From an uncultured Gemmatimonadaceae bacterium (GTDB lineage Bacteria; Gemmatimonadota; Gemmatimonadetes; Gemmatimonadales; Gemmatimonadaceae), in assembly GCA_963751275.1 (NCBI GenBank), contig CAVVTZ010000010.1, positions 1 to 64,000 of the forward strand: a stretch of 64,000 nucleotides of DNA, given 5' to 3'. The notes below the pieces were generated by a model. It was not told where the DNA came from and ran no database searches. It saw nothing but the letters and a program-made list of their open reading frames with translations. Each line of letters begins with the position of its first letter. Positions within the stretch are counted from its first letter, which is position 1. The position numbers and the translations under genes were made by a program. Positions 1 to 10,542 of this stretch are shown one piece after another.

Positions 1-475
1 TCGAGTCCACGACAATGTCCCGCTGCGCCGTGCCGTAGAGGCCGAAGTTATTGATGTGGCCGTCGCCATCGATCACGGTCTGAATGCCCGACGCCGGCGT
101 GTGCGAAAGGTCCCATGCCATGACGGCGGCCGCACCGCGCAGGAATGCGAACGGCGACGCGGCCATCCGCCCCATCCGGAGCGGTACGAGCTCCGCCTGC
201 CGGCCGGCGTTCCCGGCGATCACGAAGTCCGCGCCCGACGGACGATGCTTGGGTGCCGTCCACCCGGCGTGACTCTCACGCGGCACCTGCGCCCGCAACG
301 TTCGGCCCGCGGCATAACGCGTCGTCAGGGAACCGTGGACCCGAAGCGGATCGTACGGCACCGCGCCCGTGTGCCAGTATTCCCGCGACGCGTCAAGCGT
401 CGCGATGAGCTGCTGCTGCACGGCATCGAGCTCCGGCAGCTTCGTGACGGCGGGCTCGGAGGGCTTGTTGGGCAT
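1..475 (-). CDS. DUF2252 family protein (kinase-like), truncated by window start
   Basis: Manual translation from ATG 475: MPNKPSEP...GRTLRAQVPRESHAGW...LVPLRMGRMAASPFAFLRGAAAVMAWDL...GDGHINNFG, the typical DUF2252 N-terminal motifs. Not in the ORF track. Confidence 0.85.
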   Translation of the reverse strand, partial: MPNKPSEPAVTKLPELDAVQQQLIATLDASREYWHTGAVPYDPLRVHGSLTTRYAAGRTLRAQVPRESHAGWTAPKHRPSGADFVIAGNAGRQAELVPLRMGRMAASPFAFLRGAAAVMAWDLSHTPASGIQTVIDGDGHINNFGLYGTAQRDIVVDS

Positions 476-602
476 TATTCCGTAGCGGATCGGCGTGGGC
501 GTGCGGAGGACATCCTGAAGCTACTCCGTCTTCGCGGTGGTGAGCGTCAGGCAATCCCTGAGGGCGCCGCCGGCATGCACGGGCCGCGCCGCCGCGATGC
601 AA

Positions 603-641
603 GAGCGGCCGGATCCGCCACCCACTCGGATCCGGCCGCTC
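603..641 (-). terminator. GC-rich hairpin downstream of the sulfatase; possible terminator
   Basis: Perfect 15-bp stem GAGCGGCCGGATCCG / CGGATCCGGCCGCTC with 9-nt loop, 22 nt after the sulfatase stop; U-tract is weak. Confidence 0.5.
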
Positions 642-663
642 GACTGCCTGTTCCGCTCCGCCC

Positions 664-2256
664 CTAGTTCGTCGGCGCCGGCGGCTGGCTCAACGTCTTC
701 AGCACGTCATCCAGCGTGAACGTGCCCACCTTCTGCCGCTGCGGGAATTCCTTGAACGTGCTGAGGAACTGCCCCACGAACGCCTGGGCCGGCACGAGCA
801 CGAATACATGCTCGATCATCCACTTGTAGTATGATTCGGAATCATGTTGGGCCCGCTCGAACGGATCGGCGTAAAGATCCTCGATCAAGGGCACCCGGAG
901 CTGCGTCCACGGCTGCTGCCAGACACCGATGCCGTGATTGTCCTGCACCGCGAAGCTGATCTTCCACCGGTTGTACCGCAGGGCGACGAGACTGCCGTCG
1001 TCGTTGAAGTAGAAGAACTCCTTCCGCGGCGAGTGCGCCGTGTCGCCGGTCAGGTACGGCAACAGGTTGTATCCATCGAGATGCACCTTGTACGTCATGT
1101 CGCCGGCCTTGTAGCCGGTGAGCAGCTTCTCCTTGATGTCCGGCACGCCCGCGGCGGCGAGGATCGTCGGGAACCAGTCCTCGCCCGCGACGATGTCGTT
1201 GCTCAGCTGCCCCGGCTTGATATGACCCGGCCAGCGCACCATCGCCGGCACGCGGAAGCCGCCCTCCCACGCTGTGGCCTTCTCGCCCCGGAACGGCGTC
1301 ATGCCGCCGTCGGGCCAGAACATCACCTCGGCGCCGTTGTCGGTGGTGTAGATCACGATGGTGTTGTTCGCGATCTTGAGATCGTCGAGCTGCTTGAGCA
1401 GCTGGCCGACCATGCCATCGTGTTCCACCATGCCGTCCGCCTCGAGGCCCAGCCCCGTCACCCCTTCGGACGACGGCTTCAAGTGTGTCCAGATGTGCAT
1501 GCGCGTGCTGTTGTACCAGACGAAGAACGGCTTCTTCGCCTTCACGGCGTTGTCGATGAAGCCCATCGCGCCCTTCAGGAATTCCTCGTCGATCGTCTCC
1601 ATGCGCTTGATCGTGAGCGGGCCGGTGTTCTCGATCTTGCCGTTCGCCCAGCTGTGGATCACGCCGCGCGGCCCGAACTTGCTCTTGAACTCGGGGATGT
1701 TCTTCGGATAGTCGGCGTTCTCCGGCTCTTCCTCGGCGTTCAAGTGATACAGGTTGCCGAAGAACTCATCGAAGCCGTGATTCGTGGGCAGGAACTCATC
1801 GCGATCGCCCAGGTGGTTCTTCCCGAACTGCCCGCTGGTGTAGCCGAGCGGCTTCAGGATCTCGGCGATCGTCGGATCCTCCTTCTGCAGCCCTTCCTTC
1901 GCGCCCGGCAGCCCGACCTTCAACAGGCCCGTGCGGTACGGCGACTGCCCGGTGATGAATGCCGAGCGTCCGGCGGTGCAGCTGTTCTGCGCGTAGTAGT
2001 CGGTGAAGCGCATCCCCTCGGTGGCGATGCGGTCGATGTTGGGCGTCTGGTAGCCCATCATCCCCTGATTGTACGCGCTGATGTTGAACCATCCGATGTC
2101 GTCGCCCATGATCATGAGGATGTTCGGCTTTGTCGCCGCGGCGGGCGCGGCGGCGGGCTTCTTGGCTTGTGCGCTCGCGCCGGCGGCGCCCGCGAACAGC
2201 GCGAGGCCGAGGAGCGCGGACCGCGCGAGGCGGCCGGCGAATGGAACGGTGATCAT
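664..2256 (-). CDS. Secreted arylsulfatase (formylglycine-dependent S1 family)
   Basis: Signal peptide, KPNILMIMGDDIG, SCTAGRSAFITG (C-x-A-x-R variant), GKNHLG, TTDNG. Confidence 0.92.
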   Translation of the reverse strand: MITVPFAGRLARSALLGLALFAGAAGASAQAKKPAAAPAAATKPNILMIMGDDIGWFNISAYNQGMMGYQTPNIDRIATEGMRFTDYYAQNSCTAGRSAFITGQSPYRTGLLKVGLPGAKEGLQKEDPTIAEILKPLGYTSGQFGKNHLGDRDEFLPTNHGFDEFFGNLYHLNAEEEPENADYPKNIPEFKSKFGPRGVIHSWANGKIENTGPLTIKRMETIDEEFLKGAMGFIDNAVKAKKPFFVWYNSTRMHIWTHLKPSSEGVTGLGLEADGMVEHDGMVGQLLKQLDDLKIANNTIVIYTTDNGAEVMFWPDGGMTPFRGEKATAWEGGFRVPAMVRWPGHIKPGQLSNDIVAGEDWFPTILAAAGVPDIKEKLLTGYKAGDMTYKVHLDGYNLLPYLTGDTAHSPRKEFFYFNDDGSLVALRYNRWKISFAVQDNHGIGVWQQPWTQLRVPLIEDLYADPFERAQHDSESYYKWMIEHVFVLVPAQAFVGQFLSTFKEFPQRQKVGTFTLDDVLKTLSQPPAPTN

Positions 2257-2365
2257 GTGGTGGCTCTCTCGAAAGAGGAACTGCGACTCAGCGAAGCGCG
2301 CATTGCTCGCGATGCCGAGGATGACCCCGCACAGCAACGTCCGGAGTCGGGAGAATCCTGTATCG

Positions 2366-3241
2366 CTACTCCGGCGGCCGCAGCGCGATCGGATCGACGA
2401 GCGGCGTCTTGCGCACGGGCGTCTCCACCGGCGCTTCCACCGCGCTCGGCGTCTTTCCTGCCGCGATCTCCTTCTCGCGCTTCTCGCGCTCCTTGCGCTG
2501 GCGGATGCGCTTGACCGCCGTCTTGAAATCCTCGGCGTCGAGCGCACGTCCGGCCTGATAGTTGATCTCGGCCACCTGCCGCCCCGCCGTCGTGTACTCC
2601 TGCGATGCGGGTCCGCTCGGATGGATCGGCAGCAACGCGAGCAGCGCCGCGGGGATCTTGTAGTCGGCAATGTAGATGTTGTTCGAATCCAGGCCGTACT
2701 TCTTGCCGCCGGCGCTGAACACGCCGTTCAGCGATCCCGCCTGCTTCTTGGCGAGATCCTGCAGATGCGCCACCGACTCGTGGAACGCGCTGTCGAAGCG
2801 CGCGCTGTCGCTGAGCGGCGCGACGTTCACCGCGCCCGGCGGCAGCCAGATGCGCGAGTCCGTGAGCATCGGCATGATGCCCGGTCCCGCGCCGCCGGCG
2901 CTCACGATCGGACCGGTTCCCACTTCGGGAACGGGCTTCGCGCCGGGTTTCGTCTCGGGCACGCCCACCGGGATCGTGACCGGCGCGCGCAGTTCGTGCG
3001 GCGCGATCACCGGCCCGCGCATGGCCTTGCCATTCCCGCCGGCGTGCACGGCCGCGTTGGTTTGCGGCGCGGTCGCGATATAGCGCACGTTCTCCTGCTT
3101 CGGCGCGAGGTGATGCTGCACGAGCCACTGGTCGATGGGCATCGGCAGCGACAGCACCCACAGGATGCCCACGCCCAGCACGATGTGCAGGGCGACTGAC
3201 GCGAACCACGCCGCGTCGCGTTCCTTCTCGTTCTGCTTCAC
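2366..3241 (-). CDS. Hypothetical membrane-anchored protein
   Basis: N-terminal TM segment (SVALHIVLGVGILWVL), Pro/Gly-rich linker, overlaps the aminotransferase stop codon. Confidence 0.7.
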   Translation of the reverse strand: MKQNEKERDAAWFASVALHIVLGVGILWVLSLPMPIDQWLVQHHLAPKQENVRYIATAPQTNAAVHAGGNGKAMRGPVIAPHELRAPVTIPVGVPETKPGAKPVPEVGTGPIVSAGGAGPGIMPMLTDSRIWLPPGAVNVAPLSDSARFDSAFHESVAHLQDLAKKQAGSLNGVFSAGGKKYGLDSNNIYIADYKIPAALLALLPIHPSGPASQEYTTAGRQVAEINYQAGRALDAEDFKTAVKRIRQRKEREKREKEIAAGKTPSAVEAPVETPVRKTPLVDPIALRPPE

Positions 3242-4422
3242 CCGACGCCGGCTCCGAACGAGGCGAGCACACGGCCCGCGCGCGCAGCCGCTTCCTGCAG
3301 GCGCGACGGCCCGACGATGAACGAGACGCGGAAGAATCCTTCGCCGCCCGCGCCGAACGCCGAACCGGGCATGACCACCACCCCTTCGTCATTCAGGAGG
3401 CGGTCCGCGAAGGCGGCGCTCGGGAGTCCTTCCGGCAGGGGGATCCACAGGTACATCGTGGCGCGCGGCGCGTCGCACGCGAATCCCGCGGCGCGGAAGG
3501 CGGCGACCGCGGCGTCGCGCCGCTCGCGGAACACCGCGAGGTTGCCCGGGAGGAAACTCTCCCAGCTCTCCAGCGCCGCCACTCCCGCCGCCTGGACCGC
3601 CATGAACGCTCCCGTGTCGACGAACGACTTGATCTTGGCGAGCGTCGCCGCGAGCGGCGCGCGCGCGGCCGCCCAGCCGCAGCGCCAGCCCGTCATGTTG
3701 TACGTCTTCGAGAGGGAGTGGAATTCGATCGCGACCTCGCCCGCGCCCTCGATCTCGAAGATGCTCGGCGGCACGTAGCCGTCGAACGCGAGCTCGCTGT
3801 ACGCGTTGTCATACACCAGCAGGATGTCGAGTTCCCGGCAGCGCGCCACGGTGCGCTCGAGATACTCGCGCGGCGCGACGGCGGCGGTCGGGTTGTTCGG
3901 ATAATTCAGGTAGAGCATGCGCGTTCTTTTCAGCACGTCGCGCGGCAGCTCGTCGAGTTCGATCAGGAAATCGTTCTGCGGCCGCAGGGCGACGAGATGC
4001 GGCGTCGCCTCCGAGAGCAGCGTGCCGCCGAGATACGCGAGGTAACCGGGCTCCGGGATCACCGCCACGTCGCCCTGCTCGAGATAGCCGAGCGCGAGAT
4101 GCGCGAGCCCTTCCTTGCTGCCGATGAGCGGCACGATCTCGCTCAGCGGATCGAAGCGCAGCTGGAAGCGCTTCTCCATCCATGCGACGATCGCTTCGCG
4201 ATACGCGGGCAGTCCCAGCCCGAAGCCGTAGCGGCTCATCGCCGGCGTGTGCGCCGCACGCTCGAGCGCCGCGATCGCCGCGGGCGGCGGCGCGAGGTCC
4301 GCATCGCCCGCGCCGAGATCGATCACGTCCACGCCGCGCGCCAGCAACTCCCGCTTCTTCTGCGGGATCGCGGCCAGCGGATACTCGGGCAGCGAACGGA
4401 AACGCGCGGACAGTCTCGGCAT
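3238..4422 (-). CDS. PLP-dependent class I/II aminotransferase (LL-diaminopimelate aminotransferase-like)
   Basis: IGSKEGLAH, LNYPNNPT, YDNAYSE, SLSKTYNMTGWRCG (PLP lysine). Confidence 0.9.
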   Translation of the reverse strand: MPRLSARFRSLPEYPLAAIPQKKRELLARGVDVIDLGAGDADLAPPPAAIAALERAAHTPAMSRYGFGLGLPAYREAIVAWMEKRFQLRFDPLSEIVPLIGSKEGLAHLALGYLEQGDVAVIPEPGYLAYLGGTLLSEATPHLVALRPQNDFLIELDELPRDVLKRTRMLYLNYPNNPTAAVAPREYLERTVARCRELDILLVYDNAYSELAFDGYVPPSIFEIEGAGEVAIEFHSLSKTYNMTGWRCGWAAARAPLAATLAKIKSFVDTGAFMAVQAAGVAALESWESFLPGNLAVFRERRDAAVAAFRAAGFACDAPRATMYLWIPLPEGLPSAAFADRLLNDEGVVVMPGSAFGAGGEGFFRVSFIVGPSRLQEAAARAGRVLASFGAGVG

Positions 4423-4457
4423 GCGTACCAGCGTGGTTGCGGTGGTCGATCGCCGCG

Positions 4458-5072
4458 CTACGGCGCGCGCGCCACCGGGTTCTTCACGACGCTCAGCCCG
4501 GTGATCGTCACTTCCACCGTGTCGCCTGGCGCGAGCGGGCCGACTCCCTCCGGCGTGCCCGTGGCGACGACGTCCCCCGGCTCCAGCGTCATGACACTTG
4601 AAATGTATGCCAGGAGCACCGGAATGGCGAAGGCCATTTCGGCCGCGCGCGCCCGCTGGCGCTCGCCGCCGTTGACGCGCGTGACGACCTCGATCTGCGA
4701 CAGGTCGGCCGGCGGCGCCGACGGCTCGCCGAGCGCGCAAAAGGTGTCGAAGCCCTTCGCGCGGGTCCACTGCCCGTCCTTGTTCTGCAGGTCGCGCGCG
4801 GTGACGTCGTTCACCGCCACGATGCCGCTGATGGCGGCTTGCGTGTCGCTCTCCTTCGCGTGATGCAGCGTGCGGCCGATCACGATGCCGATCTCGCCCT
4901 CGTACTCCACCTTCTCGGATTGCGGTGGCAGCAGGATCGTGCCGCCGTTCGCGATCACGCTCGACGGCGGCTTCAGGAAGATGAGCGGCTCCTTGGGCAT
5001 GGGGTTCCCCAACTCCTGCGCGTGCGCGAGATAATTGCGGCCCACGCAGACGATCTTGCCCGGTCGTTTCAT
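4458..5072 (-). CDS. Fumarylacetoacetate hydrolase family protein
   Basis: KIVCVGRNY, EYEGEIG, NDVTARDLQ, AKGFDTF, TGTPEGVG. Confidence 0.92.
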   Translation of the reverse strand: MKRPGKIVCVGRNYLAHAQELGNPMPKEPLIFLKPPSSVIANGGTILLPPQSEKVEYEGEIGIVIGRTLHHAKESDTQAAISGIVAVNDVTARDLQNKDGQWTRAKGFDTFCALGEPSAPPADLSQIEVVTRVNGGERQRARAAEMAFAIPVLLAYISSVMTLEPGDVVATGTPEGVGPLAPGDTVEVTITGLSVVKNPVARAP

Positions 5073-7604
5073 GCTCGGCGTCCCTCGAGGTAGAAGCGCT
5101 GGAGCGCGGCGCGCGCCTCCGCCCAGGGCGCCACGATGCGGCGCGCGGGGGGAAGTGCATCGAGCATCGCCTCGCCGTAACTCTTGCTCAGTACGCGCGG
5201 ATCGCCGAGAACGATGGCGCCGCGGTCGGTCGTGCTGCGAATGAGACGGCCGAAGCCCTGCTTGAGTCTCAGCGTCGCGTGCGGCAGCATGTACTCGCTG
5301 AACGGATCGCCGCCGGCGAGCGAGATCGCCTCGCAGTGCGCCGCGGTGAGCGGCTCGCTCGGCACGCGGAAGGGGAGCTTCGCGATGAGCAGCGCGCGCA
5401 GCGCCTCCCCCGCGACGTCCACGCCCTCCCAGAAGCTCGACGTGCCGAGCAGCACCGCGCGCCCCGATTCGCGGAAGCGGCGCAGCAGGGCGTCGCGCGG
5501 TCTCCTCGCCGTGCACGAGCACCGGCCAGCGCGCATCGGCGCCGCCGGCGCGCAGCATGCCGGCCACCGCGCGCACCTCGGCGTGGCTCGTGAAGAGCGC
5601 GAACAATCCGCCGTCGCTCGCTTCGGCGAGATCGCGCACGATGCCGGCGATCGCCGCGCGGTGCGCCGGCCCGTCGGTGTTCGGCGCCGGGAAGGTCCAT
5701 CGGCACCACGAGCACCGACTGCTCCGCATAATCGAAGGGCGACGGGAAGACCGCCGTCTCCGGTTCGACCTCCGGCTGATCGAGTCCGAGCCGCTGGCGA
5801 ATGAAGGCGAATTCGCCTTCGCTCGTGAGCGTGGCGCTCGTGATCACGGTGGTCTCGACCTTCAGGAAGAGGTCCTCGCGCAGGATGGGCGCGACATCGA
5901 ACGGCACGGCCACCGCGGCGACGTTCTTCTCCTTGCCGCGCGCCTCGAGCCAGCGCACCGTGCCGCGTTCCGCGTCCGGCGGCGGGCGCAACGCGCGCGT
6001 CAGTCCGTCGCCGATCCCCTCGAGCCGCCGCGTCACCGCACGCATCTCGGCGAGCAGCGGCGCCACCGCTTCGGCGCGGCGCTCGTCGGTCTCGAGACGC
6101 TCGCGCACGAGGCGCAGCCCCTCGCGCAGCATCACGATCTCGCCGAGCAGGTCGGTGAGCGCCACGTCGAGTCCGGCGGCCCACGCGGGATGCGACGCGA
6201 AGTCGGCCGTGAGCCGCAGCGGCGACTGTCCGCTCTCCGTGAGCACGGTCGCGAGCAGATCGAACAGGAGCGCGCCCTTGTCGCGCGCCGCATGCACGGC
6301 GGGCGCGAGCCGCGCGTGCACGAGATCGAGACTCGCGGTGCTGAGCAGGTCGTCGTGCGCGCTCAGCCGCTGCGTGAGCGCCGACAACAAGCCCTTGCCG
6401 CGCCGGTCCAGCCGCGCCAGCAAGCGCTCGAGCGCGCGGCGCGTCACGGTGCTCCCGAGGTGCGAGACCGCCGCGTCCTCGAGATGGTGTCCCTCGTCGA
6501 TCACGAGCCTCGTGTACGCCGGCAGCACCGCGGCATCGCCCCAGTTCTGCGACGCGCGGCGCACGGCGAGATCGGAGAGCAGCAGATGATGGTTCACCAC
6601 GACGACATCCGCCTGCGCCGCGAGGCGCCGGGCCTTGAACAGGAAACACTTCTCGAAGTGCGGGCACTTGAGCCGGCCGCAGAGATCCGACTCGGCGGCC
6701 ACTTCCTCCCACGCCTCGGGGCGCGGCGCCACCGGGAGATCGCTCAGCGAGCCGTCGCTCGTGCGCTCGGCCCAGGCGCGCAGGCCATCGATCTCGTCGC
6801 GCCGGCCGTCGTCGAACATCCCCGCGGGCGCCGCCATCGCCTGCTCCAGCCGCTGCAGGCAGAGATAGTTGTGCCACCCCTTGAGCAGCGCGTAGCGCAC
6901 CGGCTGGTCGCCCAGTGCGTCGCGCAGAAAAGGCAGGTCCTTGCCAACGAGCTGCTCCTGCAGGTTGATCGTGTTCGTCGAGACGACCGTGCGCTCCTTG
7001 TTGGCCGCACGTCCAGCGCAGCGCCGGCACGAGATAGCCGAGCGACTTGCCGACGCCGGTGCCCGCCTCGAAGAGCCCGACGCCGCCGCCGTTGTACAAT
7101 CTCGTGATGCGCTCGGCCATCGCACGCTGGCTCGGTCGGTCCTCCCACGACGCGAGGTGCGCGGCGACGGGGCCGCCCGCGCCCAGCGCGTCGCCCACCG
7201 CGCGCGGGTCGAGGCGCGCCGCGGCGCGGTCGCGCGGCACCTCCACGACCACGTAGATGCGCTTCGACGTCGTTGTCGATGATCCCGAATCCGATCCCGT
7301 CGCCGTGCGATGCGCGCAGCGATCTCGAGATCCGCGTCGGAGGGCTGCGAGCTCGCCGCTCGGATGATTGTGCACGAGCATCTCGCCCGCGCGCCGCGAA
7401 TCCCGGCAGCGCGAGCACGCTGCTCACGTCGCCGCGCGCCACCACGCGCGCCGAGGCCAACGCGCCATCGTCGTCGATCGTCGCGACGAAGCAGACCTCG
7501 CGGCCGCCCGCGAGCGTGATGGCCGCGCGCATCGCCGCAGCCGCCGTCGCGCGAATGCGTGTCTCCTCTCCCGGCGGCGCGGCCGGCGCACGCGCGGGCG
7601 TCAC
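5069..7604 (-). CDS. DinG/YoaA-family ATP-dependent helicase with N-terminal JAB/MPN-like domain; several frameshifts (likely sequencing errors)
   Basis: Motifs spread over several frames: HNHPSG, EAGTGVGKS, STNTINLQEQL, Cys cluster (YLC...LCGRLKCPHFEKC), VIDEGHHL, FWEGVDV, LKQGFGRLIR. Confidence 0.85.
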
Positions 7605-8860
7605 GTCTTCAACGGTTTCCGCTTCGCCGCCGGGAAGAGCACGTTGTTCAGGATCAGCCGGTAGCCCGGCGAGTTCGGGTGCAGCGACAGATCGGTGGGC
7701 GGATTCCCGATCGCGTGCTGGGGATCCTCGGGATCATGGCCGCCGAGGAAGGTCCAGCTTCCTTTGCCGTAGTCGCCGTGGATGTACTTCACCCAGGGCG
7801 CGCCGGGCTCATCGGCGAGGATGGTGACGCTGGGCTTGAGTCTATTTCGCGCAAAACTTGTAGTGACGCCATAGAAGTCGGGGATCACGGACCGGTGGTC
7901 CTGCACCAACATGCTCGGCACCGGGTCGAATTTCGCGCTGAAGGCGAACAGCGTGAACGAACCGAGCGGCTGGCGGCGGCTGGGAACGTTCGCCTGATGG
8001 CCATCGATGTCGCTCATCGAGTTGACGAACTCCTGCGTCTCGATATGCGCGTCCTGGAAGGCGAAACTGCGGTCCCACTGCATGCGCGCGTCAGCATCGC
8101 TCGCCACGGGCGTGCCGTCGGCGTACGAGGCCGCGATGTCCACATCGGCGCCGGCGATCGCGAGATCGAGCGTCTCGGTGGCCCCGCACATCGCGAAGAG
8201 GAATCCGCCGTTCTCCACGTACTGCCGGATGCGCTCGGCCACCGCCTTCTTGAGCTGCGGCACATCCGAGAAGCCATTCGCCCGCGCCTCGGCGATGTTC
8301 GCTTCCTCCTGCTCCACGAACCAGGGCGCGCCCCGGTACGAGATGTAGAACTTGCCGAGCTGACCGGTGAAATCCTCGTGGAAGAGATGGAGCCAGTCGT
8401 ACTTGGCGAGCGCGCCGTGCAGCACGCTGCCGTCCCACACGGTGTCGTAGGGGATGCCGGCGTAGCGCAGCGCGAGCGTCACGGCGTCGTCCCACGGCGC
8501 GGAGTACGGCGCCGTATAGATCGCGATCTTCGGGGCGCGCTCGAGCGGCACCGCCTCCATGTTGCCGCCGGCCATCTCCGCGCGGATCGCCGCGAGCGCG
8601 GCGTCGCCGGTGGCGGCCACGGTGATCCCGTCGAGCGCCGCGCGGCGCCGCAGCTCCGGCGTGTCGGGGAGGAGGAAGCTCCCGCCGCGATAGTTGAGGA
8701 GCCACTCGCCCTTCGCGCCGTCGCGCAGCGCGTTGTACGTGAGACCGTAGGCCTTGAGGTGGTTGGTCTGCGCGTCATCCATGGGCACGAGCAGGTGCTG
8801 CGCGCGCGCGACCGACGGCGCGCACACGAGCAGCGCCGCGAGGCACAGCGCGCGCTTCAT
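7601..8860 (-). CDS. Secreted conserved protein with class I glutamine amidotransferase-like fold (family often labelled 'asparagine synthetase B')
   Basis: Signal peptide; QTNHLKAYG, PWDDAVTLAL, HEDFTGQ, GFLFAMC, GGHDPED, NSPGYRLILNNVLFPAA. Confidence 0.75.
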   Translation of the reverse strand: MKRALCLAALLVCAPSVARAQHLLVPMDDAQTNHLKAYGLTYNALRDGAKGEWLLNYRGGSFLLPDTPELRRRAALDGITVAATGDAALAAIRAEMAGGNMEAVPLERAPKIAIYTAPYSAPWDDAVTLALRYAGIPYDTVWDGSVLHGALAKYDWLHLFHEDFTGQLGKFYISYRGAPWFVEQEEANIAEARANGFSDVPQLKKAVAERIRQYVENGGFLFAMCGATETLDLAIAGADVDIAASYADGTPVASDADARMQWDRSFAFQDAHIETQEFVNSMSDIDGHQANVPSRRQPLGSFTLFAFSAKFDPVPSMLVQDHRSVIPDFYGVTTSFARNRLKPSVTILADEPGAPWVKYIHGDYGKGSWTFLGGHDPEDPQHAIGNPPTDLSLHPNSPGYRLILNNVLFPAAKRKPLKT

Positions 8861-10542
8861 GAGGTGCTCGGCAGCGCGTGGTGCGCGGCGTCGAGCTCGC
8901 GGCGCGCCTGCGGGACGAGCGCGCTTTCGGGATACGTCAGGATCAGATGCTCGAGGCGCGCGACCGCCTCGGCGTCGTGATGCTCGCGGCGCAGCGCGCG
9001 CGCCCACGCGAGCTCGCTCGACGGCGCCTCGGGCGACTGCGGACTCTGTTCCACGACGCGGTTCCAGAGCACGATCGCGGCCGCGTCGTCGCCCTGCGCG
9101 GCGCGGATCCGCGCGGAGAGATCGAGCAGCAGCGATGCGGCGTCGGGCAGCTCCGCGGCCGCCTGCTCGAAGTCGCGCGCCGCCTGCGCGCTGTCGCCGC
9201 GCGCGAGCGCGAGGAAGGCGCGCCCCGTCACGGGCGCGCGATCGCGCGTGGTGCGCACGAGCAGCGCCGCGGCCGCGAGTTCATCGGCCTGCTGCGCGCG
9301 CCCGGGCGGGATCAGCCGGCGCGCCGCGGCGAGATCGCCGTCGTAGAGCGCGAGCCAGCCGGCCGCGTCGCCGGCGTCGGCGCCCGCGGCCTGGAGCGAG
9401 GCGCGGGCGCGCGGGATGTCGCCCGCGCGCAGCCACGCCCACGCCACGCGGCGCGCCATCGTTCCGCGTTCGTCGGGGCCGATCCACTGCGCGTACGCAT
9501 CCACGACGTGCTCCGCCTCGGCGCCGCGCCCGAGCACGCTGAGCGCCTCCACGCGCACGGGCACCGCGACCGCGGCGGCCCGCGCGGAATCCATTTGCGA
9601 CGCCGCGAGCGCGGCGAGCGTGTCGGCGCCGCGCGCGTCGCCCGCGCGCAACGCGGCGCGCGCGGCGCGGGCGAGCAGCTCGGGATCGCGCTGGGCCGCG
9701 GCCGCCGCCGCCAGTGCGTCGCGCGCGACGAGCCACGCCCCCGCCCCCTCGGCGCGCTCCGCGTAGTCGCGCCAGGCGGCCACCGCATCGGTATCCGCGC
9801 GCAGATCGCGCAGCGCGTTCCATCCGAGTCGCGGTTCGCCCCACGCGAGTTCGAGCTGCGCGCTCGCCGATCGCGCGCCGACGTTCACCGGCGCCGCCGC
9901 GAGCGCGGCGGCCACCGCCGCGCGCTGCGCCACCGGCGTGGGCATCAGCGAGAACGCCGCCGCCTGCGCGAAGTAGGGACGCTGCGCGAGCGCATCGTGC
10001 CACGCCAGCGCCGAGGCCTCCCACTGCGCGAGCGACGCGCGGAGCATCGCCGTCTCATACGCGAATTCGCGCGCGCCGCCCGACTGGCGCTCGGCCTCCT
10101 TCAGCACGCTGTCGGCCGCGCGCGGATCGTTGTCGGCCAGCAGGAGGCGCGCGTACGCGCGGAAGGGCGCGAGATCGCCGGGCACGGCGAGCCGCCACTG
10201 CTCGTACGCCTCGCGCGCCGCGGCCCGCCCCTGCGTCGCGCGCACCGCCCGCAGCTGCAGACCGCGCAGCGACGGATCGCTCGGCGACAGCGCGATCGCG
10301 CGCGCGAGCGGCGGGAGGATGGAGTCGCGGATCCCGAGCTGGTCGTACACGCGCTCGAGTCCGAGCAGCGCGCCGAGCGACGTGGGCTGCGACGCGAGCG
10401 CCTCCCGGTACGCGGCCGCGGCTTCGCGCCACTGCTCGCGCTCCTCCAGCGACTGCGCGCGCGCCTCCGCGCTCTGCGCGTGCAGGAGGCCGGCGCCGAG
10501 CGCGACGGCCAGCACGATGGCCGCGCTACGGATTCGCCGCAT
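8857..10542 (-). CDS. Secreted tetratricopeptide-repeat protein
   Basis: Signal peptide, Ala-rich helical repeats, C-terminal LEHLILTYPESALVPQAR (BamD/YbgF-like TPR end). Confidence 0.75.
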   Translation of the reverse strand: MRRIRSAAIVLAVALGAGLLHAQSAEARAQSLEEREQWREAAAAYREALASQPTSLGALLGLERVYDQLGIRDSILPPLARAIALSPSDPSLRGLQLRAVRATQGRAAAREAYEQWRLAVPGDLAPFRAYARLLLADNDPRAADSVLKEAERQSGGAREFAYETAMLRASLAQWEASALAWHDALAQRPYFAQAAAFSLMPTPVAQRAAVAAALAAAPVNVGARSASAQLELAWGEPRLGWNALRDLRADTDAVAAWRDYAERAEGAGAWLVARDALAAAAAAQRDPELLARAARAALRAGDARGADTLAALAASQMDSARAAAVAVPVRVEALSVLGRGAEAEHVVDAYAQWIGPDERGTMARRVAWAWLRAGDIPRARASLQAAGADAGDAAGWLALYDGDLAAARRLIPPGRAQQADELAAAALLVRTTRDRAPVTGRAFLALARGDSAQAARDFEQAAAELPDAASLLLDLSARIRAAQGDDAAAIVLWNRVVEQSPQSPEAPSSELAWARALRREHHDAEAVARLEHLILTYPESALVPQARRELDAAHHALPSTS

